Source: Marsupella aquatica
Lineage: Eukaryota; Plantae; Marchantiophyta
Length of the DNA: 64,000 bases
Reading direction: 5' to 3'
Assembly (NCBI GenBank): GCA_973895155.1
Contig: OZ316898.1
Span: 3,658,480-3,722,479, forward strand
Below are positions 26,001 to 36,063 of this stretch, in pieces (position 1 is the first letter of the stretch; every line of letters starts with the position of its first letter). Below the pieces are notes generated by a model, which saw only the letters and a list, made by a program, of their open reading frames with translations, had not been told where the DNA came from and made no database searches. A program made the position numbers and the translations under genes.

Positions 26001-27742
26001 TAACACACCACACTCCCTGCTCTTGCATGCGATCCCATTGTTTCTCATCAACATCGTCTTCACAAGGGCTCAACAATTGGCCCATCCCTGAAGCATAGAG
26101 CACTCCCTTCACCTGCTTCTTCCATAGCAAGTAGTCAGAGCGCCCATCATACTTTGTCACTTCATACTTGGGTCCCCCAAGCTTGAACGTCCCCATCTTC
26201 TTCTTTTGCACTACCGTGAGCTCCGGTAGTAGAACAACTTCCTCCACTACACGTCGCACTGGTGATGGTACCGGTACGTGCTCTTCCTCCAGCCTGCTCC
26301 TCTCTCTCCACCTCAAACCTCCACGGTGATCCTCGTGCTTCAAGTTCCACGTGTTCAAAAATCTCCTCCGAATCACTCATATGAGAAAATCACGAAAAAT
26401 GTTGTTTTTCCCAACTTCTCAAAAAACTCAAAACTAAACACCGCCGCGTAGCCCACGAAGCTAGGAGCCCAACACTGAAAATCAAAAACAAAATTGAACT
26501 CCGACGTAAAACTTATTCACTTTTTGGTCGGGATGGGTAAAACTTGGAATTCTCCCCCGTTTTGACCACCTCGGGGAATAACCAAAATATGAACTAGTAC
26601 TCGATGTCGGAAATGCAATTCAATTTGCGCACCGCATTGCCAACTTTGATGGCTAGCAATTTGCCGAAGACGAACAAAAAAAGTTACCTTTCGGCGGATT
26701 GAATCTTCGATGGACGGACAAAAAATAGCTCTCTGGTTTTTTGGAATATTCTACGACCCTTGTACAGGCCCGGTGGGGATTTTGGAAGAACAATCGAGGG
26801 GCTAACACGTGTCCTCGAACCCTCAAAACCCCCTATCACCCTTCGTCATCGAAATCCGGTCGCGCGTGCAGAAAATACACGTTGTAGAATGTACCCCTCG
26901 ACACCAAACGCAAGATATCTCACTCAGGTTTGGACGAAATCAAGATCTGATTTCAGATTTGGAAACTAGACTTCGAGGCGGTGAAGATCGATATAAGAAA
27001 CACTCAAAACGAGGAAAGAATGAGGGAGAAAAAAATTGGTAAACATGACAGATTTCTCTCAATTGCCATGGCCATTTTGGATCAGTTTTTTATGGTACCT
27101 TGTCAACAACGAATGTTAATGAATTTGCACTTGGTACCGTCACCAAGTCCAACAAGGCAATTGATGTTGCTTAGCCTTCCTCTCCGCATCAAGAGCCAAT
27201 CCGGGACTCAAAATAATCGTCTTGCCGCAATCTCTTCGTTGAGCAAAAACACTTGACGGTTCTCCCTCCGAGTCGATTATAATGAGAAGAAACCCTACTC
27301 AGGCAAAAGAAGACTCCATAGCCGGTCAGAAAATCAGAACGCTTCTTTGCTCGTTGTGACGCACTCGTTACACACTCGACAACAAACCAGCTACCAAAAT
27401 GATCAACTAGTCCCGATCTACAAGCTGAGCTATAGTATGTGACGTCTCCTTCGCCGTAGAGCTCACACCTTCAAGAAAGAAAACTCTGGTCCCTTCTCCG
27501 AAAAACCGTCAAACACGAATGTTGCAAACTTTCTTCACAAATTCCAAAACGACAAAAACTTAGATTTCTTCGCACCACGATCTTTGTTCAACGATTTCTT
27601 CGCACCGTTAGAAAGCCCTTGCCCCGATCTATCTGCTGAGCCCATAAACTCTGCGATGGAACTCTTGGAAATCCACCGACACTCAACACTGGAAAAAACC
27701 GTCACGAACAATGTCTCCTCCCAGGCATGCTCTGATACCAAT

Positions 27743-28087
27743 TGTTGAGCATAGACAATAATCGTAACGACAAGCCCATGAACCATCCAACGCACAAGAG
27801 TCGACATAGAGAGATACGTGGTTCACTTCCACATGAGGCTACGTCCACGGGAACACACAAGAGCTTTACTGCATTCTAGGCTGATCGGCCATACCAAGCA
27901 TCCACAGCGCAAGCTCTCTCTATCTCTTAGCTAGCTCCATAACAATGAGCTTGAGTTCCCACTCTCCAAGCAAACACCGCTTGGCTATAGAGTGTGCACA
28001 ATATGACTAACCTAACCAAGTCTACGACTCAGGTTAGCCTTAACTACGGTACAGTCGTAACTCTAGACCTAAGAGTAAATCCTATCA
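27743..28087 (-). repeat. 5' LTR of the middle copia element
   Basis: Direct repeat of 15102-15446, adjacent to the PBS. Confidence 0.95.
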
Positions 28088-31000
28088 AAGTTAGACCTAA
28101 GAGTAAATCCTATCAAAGTGAACGTACTTCCATAGGTGAAGTAAGTGGATGTGCTTTATCCATATTAAATTATTAAGGATCTTAGTAGTATAAGTACTTT
28201 GATGTAGAAGTATGCCATCAGGTAAGTGTTCAAATTGTAGGCCCAAACAATAATGAATTTGGCCTAACTCTTTCATTTCAAACACACATTTTAGTATCTC
28301 AATAGTGTGTTGTAATAAGTTTACATGTCCGAATAGGTTAATATCATCCACATAGATGGCAATTATCATAAATTATTTATCATGTTTTTTAATAAATAAA
28401 TAGGGAGCAATGTCTTCATTAGTAAAATTCATATTCAGTCATCTCTAAACCTCTGATACCACATTCTTCCACTTTGCGTTAGTTCGTATAAAGATCTCAT
28501 AATCTAGACAACATATCCATTCTTGGCCAAAGACATGGATTTATTTATTGGAGGGACAATAAGTCCACTCTTAGGAAGGATAATAGGTTCACTTCATAAT
28601 ACCCCAAGAACTATAGGTCCATGCCCCATTTTCCCTTCCTTGGGTCGTTTAGTGGTAAAGGGTTGAGATGTAGATGTGGTTGGGTTTTCTTTTGTTTTAT
28701 GCTCCCTCTGAATATGATATGTTTGTCTCTTTATTAATTCTGGTGGTGTTTTCATGTATATAGTAGTATCCAACAATCCGTATAAATATGCATTAATCTA
28801 CTACATCCATTTGATGCATCATTAACCTAGATGTCCTAGGGAAAAGTCAACTAAGTATCTATAGGTTATAGCATCCATAACTGGTGCATATGTTAAATCA
28901 AAATCACTCCTAGGTATCTGTGTATATCCTTTCGCAACAAGACATGCTTTATATTTCGTAACTTGGCCTTGAGTGTTTCCCTTTTTCACAAAAGTCCACT
29001 TATAATCAGTTAAGTGGGTGTTTAATGGTACGGGGACAATAGGTCCAAACACTTGGCCTTTTCCCATTTTGGGCACTCTTGTGCTTTGGTAATAGTTTTA
29101 GGGTCAGGTTTTATGTTTGTTATATTCTGGGAAATGTAAAAAACAAAGGTATCATCCATGGGAATATTGTTTCTATTCCATATATAGTCCTAGTATTCAT
29201 ATATTGAATTGATATTTCTTCATTTTCTGGGATTTCCATGTGAATTAGCATAGATATCATCTTAGGTATTACAGGTGATGGTGTTGTGGTAGTTCATTTT
29301 TGGCCTTGGGTTGGGCATCTTTAGATCCCAAAGGTCGTTCACGATTTGCTCTTGGTGGTTGCTCAGTGGCTAGTTGTGTCAATGTTTGCAAACGTGCAGG
29401 GGCATTTGCAGTAGGAATGTGTGATCGTGTCACCTGCGCAATATCGGTAAATGTATTTGGCATTTGCTCCATGGTTGTTGCCAATTGCATTATCCTACAA
29501 ACTTCTTCTTCATATTGACGTGTCCATGAATTTCCAAAAAATGGATTGTGTTTTCCATCACAACTCTAAGTTATGAGGTTGTTCAAATTGTGGCTTCCCT
29601 TCAAATAATCTAGGGAAAATATCCTCATAGAAATAACAGTCAGCAAAACTTGCTTGGAAAACATCAGCAGTGGATGGTTCTATGTATCTGATTATGGACG
29701 GTGACTCAAAACCAATATAAATACCTTTTTGTCTTTGAGGTCTTATTTTTGTATGTTTAGGTCCCATTATAGGGACTAGTACTTGACAACTAAATGTCCT
29801 GACATGAGATAAGTAAGGATCTACACCAAAAGCTAAGTGTTGTGGAGTTAGGTCATTGTGCACTAATGGACGATATTTAAGTAAAGATGCCGCATGTAAA
29901 ATGACATGACCCCAAGCAATTGTAGGTAACTATGTCTGGATGAGCATGGGTCTTGCTATCATTTGGATTCTCTTAATAATAGATTCAACAATACCATTTT
30001 GAAATGTGACATGAGGTACAGGGTATTGGGTATCTATTCTTGTAGCCATGCAAAAATCTTCAATGTTTTGAAGTGAATTCGTCTGCGTTATAATCGTCTT
30101 GATATTGTTTTGAGGGAATTGGGCTTTTAGTTTTAAAATGTATGCTAAAAGTCTAGGAAAGACCATGTTTCGTGTGGAAAATAATAAAACTTGCAACCAT
30201 TTTGAAGATGCATCAATTATGACTAAGATAGGACCACATACATTCACATGAATGTGTTCTAAAAATCTAGGTATTTCATGGATAGTCTTAGAAACAAAAG
30301 GTCTAAGTATTAATTTTACTTGAAAACATGCCATGCATTTTTGATTTAAATGTGTTGGGTGTGCTTTCATTGGTATGTCGCGGGTTACTTTCTTCATTTT
30401 CTGAAACATGCTTATACCAGGATGTCATAACCTAGTATTGCAAAGGTCATATAGTGACATATCATGTGTGGTAGAATGAAAATCATTCAACTAGGTAACA
30501 TAGAAACCCAACGGATAAACGAAAAGAGTTTTCTTTATTTGCATGCCCTCAGAACTATTTTGTAAAATATGAATAATTTCTTGATTCTTATTAGTAATGG
30601 TATGAATATGATATCCATTTTCTCTAATGTCCTTGAAACTAATTAACTTCCTCGTGGCGTTAGGCGCATAGATAGCGGACTTAATGTGAATAGTGGTGCC
30701 TTGGGGTAAAATGATGGTGACAGGTCCATGGCCTTCTTCTATCTGATTACTCTCCATGATAGTGGTCATATTCATGTGGGATAGAGTAATATGGGTGAAA
30801 TAATCTTTACACTTAATTATAGTGTGGGACGTGCCACTATCTACTATACATGTTCTAATATCATCCAAGGGTAAAGAGTCCTGTCTTTGTGCAATCATGT
30901 GGGTCTCAAATATGGCCTCATCGTGAGTGTAGTTTTCTAGATGTGTATCATGCTCTAGGAATGTGCCATGTGTCTCTTGAGTGTTACTAGTCTTATCCTA

Positions 31001-32997
31001 CTGATAGAGGGCCATTAAATGAGCAGGTATATGGCATAATTTCTGTGGATGTCCCTTGGTGCCGCATCAAAAACATTCCACGGGCTTGTTTGCATTCTGT
31101 TGTGAAGAGTTGTCCCGTTGGGTTGGCATTCCCGGTCTTCCCGTTCCTTTGCGGGTGTATGTGAAGCTTGTTCTTCCACCTCCGCGACTTCCTATGCTTC
31201 CGCGGCCTCTATCTCTCCCCCTAAAGTAGGAAAATCTTCCACCTCCAAATGGTCTGCCTTCTCTTAAGGATGGTCTTCTTTGGCTGCTGCGGTTGAAACC
31301 GCCTCGTGGTCCATCTCTGCTACTAGGAGGCATGCCATTGTGCATCTCGGTGGGTGGAGGTGATGGTAGGGTTCCGGGGGGTCGCAACTTTGAGTTCTTG
31401 AATAACAACTCCTGATGCCTTTCGACGAGTAACATGTGGGCTATCAGTTTAGAGTACTTAGTGAACTTCATATTCTTATACTGTGATGATAGTATCATGT
31501 TATTGGAGTGAAATGTAAAAAATATCTTCTCTATTTGCTCTTCATCGTTCACCGGTTCGTTGCACAATGTCAACTGTGAGGTGATCCTCAAAAGTTCACT
31601 ATTGTAATTTGCTATAGAGGTGTGGTATTGAACTCTGAGGTTAACCCAGTCATGTCAGGTGCTGGGGAGGTGGACAATCTTAGTGCGGACCAACCTATCC
31701 TTTAACTGTTTCCAAAGGCGTTTAGGATTTTCCTCGTTCATGTATTGGATTTTCAGGGGTTCCACTAGATGGTGTCGTATAAATACTAAAGCTTTCGCTT
31801 TATACTGTAGTGTGATTCCTTGATCAGTGGTAATCATATCATGAATGTCTTTGGGTACTTAATTAACTTTTACATCCATGGATCATGATAAGAAGGTCTC
31901 CCCCTCAATAGTTAATGGAATTTTTTTTAGCTTTTCTATGATTGCCATAATGTTAGGGATAAGGGTTAATTTAGGGTTTAAGGTTCATGTCATTTTGAAG
32001 GTAAATAAATGATGATGCAGTTTGATGATGATTGTCATTTTTGTGCAAGATGATGTAGTTTGATGATGATTGTCAATTTTGTAAGCTTTTGGAAATGAAA
32101 TATGTGATGTTATTGTCTTTTTCAGATTTGGTTTTTAGTGTTCCCTTATTAAGATAAAGTTACTTTTGTTAACCCTAAATAGGATTAGGTTTATGGAATT
32201 TTTCAAAAGCTTTGTTTTCAAGTTTTCTTTCTTTGTGGATAGGTTTAGGAAAATCAAGTTCCCTAGTTAAGTGCATATTTTTCTTTGTATCCAGAAATTC
32301 CTTTGACAAATTTTACACTTAAAAGAGGGTTTGCACTTAGCAGTGTAATTTCAAGGTTTTCTCAACATTTTAACATTTTTGTCGCGAGGTTGGTTCGTCG
32401 GCACGCGTTCTCGTTCCCCCCTTCGGGCTTGCCTTTTCTCGATTGATTTCTTCTTTCATTATGGCAAGCTCAGTTATGATCCTGAGGGCGAGCACCATTT
32501 GGGGCTCTCCATTCAATCTTTCTTCCAACACCTTCGTTGTTGCTACACCTTGCTGTTGCTGCTTCTCTCGTTATGTATTCTAGTTCGTGTGTTGTCAATT
32601 CGGTTTAAGCATTGTCTAATGTCAGCCCAGAGATCTTAGCTTTACAATCACTCTCTCTCTCAGTGCATTCTCTTCTTCAAAGTCTGCAAAATCTTCTGCC
32701 GTTCTTCAGCTCTCTCTATATAGTGAGACGTCTCATTTCTCCCTTCCTGAGTTCCTCTTTCGGCATTTCATGTTAGTGGCGACTGCGACCAAATACACTT
32801 ATAGCAATGACATTGAAAACTGTAAAGGAGGAGAAGGTCATCGTTAACAGATCCTGGTAGACCTCAACAGATCCATAACGCATTCAATTTGCAACATCTC
32901 TGACCGTGCCTAGCGGAGGGGAACCCAAATCTGTGTTGGTAAATCCTCATCCATTGCCAAAATGGTGTAAGATTCTTGAGGGCAATGCTTACAATTT

Positions 32998-33735
32998 TTA
33001 CTGTCCTGCGTGGCCCTGCAACAAGCCGTTGCGGATCTGATCCGCAATATCCTTCACAGCTCCCGGCCCATGTGGGATAAAAACTGTGGAATTCTTGGAA
33101 CTTGCTCCGATGTCCCTCATTGTGTCAAAGTATTGAGTGACCAAAACCATGTCAAGAACATCCTTGGCACTTGTCCCGGGAACCTTATCAGAAAATGCCA
33201 CAACGCTCTCCCTCAACCAGTCAACAATTGCTTGACGCTGCCTTGCAACACCAACTCTCCTGACAAATACTTCGCCTCTGCTTCTCCTTCAGCTCTCTTC
33301 ACCTGCAATATCTTCTCCGCCTCTGCTTTGTCACGAGCTGCCACCCTCATTCGAGCAGCTGCATTAATTTCATTCATGGCTCGTTTGACAGAAACGTCAG
33401 GCTTGATGTCGACGATTAAAGTCTGCACAATTTCGTACCCATAAGTCCGCATGACCTTCTCCAGCTCACTCTCCACATTCTTGGCAACCTCGCTCTTCTG
33501 CTCAAACACATCATCGAGTAACATCTTCGGAACACTGGCTCGCACAACATCAAACACGTACGACTGAATTTGAGACTTCGGGTTGGTGATTTTGTAAAAG
33601 GCATCGTAAGCAGAGTCCTTGATCGCTCGAGATTGGACGGATGCAACCACAACCACGAAAACATTGTCCTTCGTTTTGGTCTCGCAGCGCACATCCAGCT
33701 GCTGCATCCGCAGAGAGATAACACCGGCAACGTCG
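32998..33735 (-). pseudogene. HIR: 5'-truncated, frameshifted HIR copy
   Basis: Near-identical to 48376-49112. The first ~40 codons and the promoter were removed by a ~6.7-kb deletion that joins it to the SIRB 3' flank at ~33735. A 2-nt insertion at ~33257 shifts the frame (LSGELVLQG vs LSGVGVARQ), and there are missense changes (QYR>QSR, IEP>IKP). Confidence 0.92.
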
Positions 33736-33816
33736 ATCTATTCTGAATGCAGTTTAGACAACAAACTAACCAGTTCACGAACCGGAGACAGCACTGACAG
33801 AACTCTGGATAAGTCA

Positions 33817-35703
33817 TCAAGTGGTCCGAGTCCCAAATGAACTACCCAAGGCGTCAGTGGCTAATTGAGATTCGGGGTTGATTATCTGCCTGCAGCGGCC
33901 AGTGCCCTTGCACATATCACACTCTGAAACCTCTCCAGCTGTCTGACTTAAACAGTACTCCATTCGGTCTTGTATAACAGTCTGCTCAAACAGACAGCCA
34001 AACAAAAAAGAAATTAGAAGCTATTGTGGATACTAACGTTCTTTCCACTGTTTGTCTACAAAATACCCATAACATCCCCACAAAAGCAACAGCAGCATAA
34101 CAGTGTATCCCAAACTCTCGATTACATAAAATCAGACATCTATGCATGTCATTTTTTCCAGAAGCATAAATGAAAGAGAGAAACCCGATATGGTAGAACA
34201 TTCTGAAAGGTTGACAAAACCAGGTACATATTTTCTTCCCTGCCAATGATCCCGATTCACTTTCCAGCTGAAGGCTAACCTTGATCAAAATGATATTGAC
34301 CCTCGAGAATCCTATCCTATCCTATCCTAAAGGCGTTGGAAGCAAAGCGGGTCTAATTAATTTTAATGCTCACAAAAGATCTTGCAAACTTAAAACGGCA
34401 GCAAAGCGGATCATTTTCCGCATGCCTCAGCAGAAGGCATACAAAACCCAATACAATTGCAGATCGATGTTTTTTGGAAGACAAATGAAGTCAACAGTGG
34501 ACATACGAAGGCTTGCAGATAACATACCACCATTAATTTGTGCAGTCCAATTGGAGCTGTAACTAGGTAAGATACTTGCGGGTGCTTCTTTGCAGCTTCA
34601 GCTGTAATTGCAGGGATATCCTGCTCTACAAAAGGAGACTTTAGAAACCTATGATGACAGTATTCCCAAGAGCTCAAACGTCCAGATTCTTGAAAGAATA
34701 ACTTTTGTGTGGCTGACAACAAACCTTGTCCCAATGGCGACCAGGAAATAAGAAGTAGGGGCAGAGTATAACGCGTGAAGCTCCTTGTTCCACGCATCGA
34801 TCAAATGCATCGGCTATTGTTGGAGTTGCTAGCTCCTGGGCTTGACGGACAACATTCCAATTACATTATATGAAAATCTGAACTTATCACCATAAAATAA
34901 GAATTCATTTGTAGTATCTCGACCAGGGCCTTCTCGAAGAGATTGAAAGTCAGGCATACGAAGAGGCGGACAAAGCACGCACATAAGTAAAAGCTTACCA
35001 TGTGCGCTGCTTCTACAAGCTTGTGGCCTGTCTCCTCCTTGTACATCTTAACAAATTCATCTGCATAATTAAATGCCCTGCTCAGATCGAAAGCAAGCAA
35101 TGACGAAAATATACAATTACACAATTAAATCCAAAAATGTGATAAGGCTATTAGAAATCACTGATAACAATGACTACTTGGGTTAACAGACCCTAAACCC
35201 TAAACTTGCTACAATAATTTAAGGCAAGTACCCACTAGCCAACAAAGGGAAGCCATTTCCTCCAGCTACGACTTCTAAGAAGAGCAGTGGATAATGGTGG
35301 GAGAAATTTGACTTAACATCTTTGGCAATCGTTACAACAGAGATCAAAGCATGTCTGAATGTGCCAAGTTATCGAGCGAGATTGCAACTTATACCCGTTC
35401 CTTTTCGACCCCTAGGAGAGCAGTAGACAAGGGAAGGGAGGAAGTATGCTTACGGAGCATTGCGTTCGACTGTGCCCGACGAGACCCGTGATCCACGATC
35501 ACCATTCCGTCCCCATCGTCCAGCCTGCTCGTGGTAGAGGCACCTCGCAACTGACTTGCACCAACTAATGGATGAGGAAGCACAGAACTTCCACCAATAC
35601 TGAGATTCTTAGCACCCCACATCCTCCTCGAGAAGACAGAGTGCTGATGACAGGGCTCCAAACTAGATTTTGGTCTGAGAGAAGCAAAAGAAGGATATTC
35701 AAT
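33817..35703 (-). CDS. SIRB: Sirohydrochlorin ferrochelatase (CbiX/SirB family, plastid siroheme synthesis); exons (35703 or 35622)-35454, 35060-34999, 34835-34725, 34620-34528, 33981-33817; start codon uncertain
   Basis: Spliced product ...GMVIVDHGSRRAQSNAMLHEFVKMYKEETGHKLVEAAHM|ELATPTIADAFDRCVEQGASRVILCPYFLFPGRHWDK|DIPAITAEAAKKHPQVSYLVTAPIGLHKLMV|TVIQDRMEYCLSQTAGEVSECDMCKGTGRC... All introns are GT-AG with correct phases. The CbiX HGSR and PYFLFPGRHW motifs and the C-terminal 4-Cys Fe-S motif are present. Confidence 0.9.
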
Positions 35704-35883
35704 TGACGGGCCAGTGGATCTCACACCGTGCCTACGGACGGTCCAGTGTTCCACTCCTACAACTTTTCTGCTGCAGCACACCTCGAGATTATTCCCGACG
35801 CATGTCCAGGTCGAGTAGGACGGGGGTTAGTAAAAGAGATTTTTTCAATTCTATTCTTGTTCACAACCCAATCCCACCACATG

Positions 35884-36063
35884 TCAAACGCTTCGACATA
35901 CTTCAATACTTATTTCTGCAACAGAAATAAGCGACACATTGCAGGTCAGAGGGGTAAGGAGGCGACTTATCTCACTCACTTGCATGACGCTAACGGTGTA
36001 AAACGTAACTGCGGCAGCGGCGGCAATCCCAAATACAGGGGCAATCATTTCAGCGGGATCCAT
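35884..36063 (-). pseudogene. Duplicated exon 1 of the small-TM gene (exon 2 absent, original donor mutated)
   Basis: Reads MDPAEMIAPVFGIAAAAAVTFYTVSVMQVSE. The donor GTAAG has become ATAAG at 35970, and homology to copy A stops in the intron at 35860. Confidence 0.85.

Larger units (their letters stand above)
15102..28087 (-). mobile_element. Degenerate Ty1/copia LTR retrotransposon, Tork/Tnt1-like (middle element; interrupted at 16357-23043)
   Basis: 345-bp LTRs at 15102-15446 and 27743-28087. PBS TGGTATCAGAGC (27740-27729, tRNA-iMet), PPT at 15447-15460, TSD AAGTG (15097-15101 and 28116-28120). Contains gag with CCHC knuckle (26380-25369), integrase, RT (YVDDM) and RNase H fragments. The protease active site is deleted at ~25375. 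Confidence 0.95.
14104..32787 (-). mobile_element. Degenerate Ty1/copia LTR retrotransposon, Bianca-like lineage (outer element of the nest; interrupted at 15097-28120; 5' LTR not found)
   Basis: Minus-strand fragments: gag (KAKALVFIRHHL, 31837-31067), protease (CIVDSGTSHTI, 30898-30491), integrase (30409-29558; ADCYFYEDIFPRL), HIPTANAPARL, RT (29076-28097 and 15096-14950) and RNase H (KGDRIKHIAPKFFFTHE, ANLFTK, ~14640-14460). PPT ATCAAGGGGAAG adjoins the 3' LTR. The right boundary is set by resumed homology to copy B. Confidence 0.85.
6634..35859. repeat. Tandem segmental duplication, copy A
   Basis: Collinear same-orientation blocks at roughly 90% identity by eye: 6634-9495~35860-38658, 9480-9670~39892-40095, 10862-13695~45154-47597, 14029-14100~47590-47660, 32788-32873~47672-47756, 32870-33735~48247-49112, 33736-34105~55822-56212. 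Confidence 0.93.

Noticed and set aside
33986-34288. Extra SIRB exon in ORF 33986-34288
   Set aside because: Exon 4 joins exon 5 in frame and gives the expected family sequence without it.
35191-35205. CCCTAAACCCTAAAC as an interstitial telomere
   Set aside because: Only two units in an intron; common telobox-like sequence.
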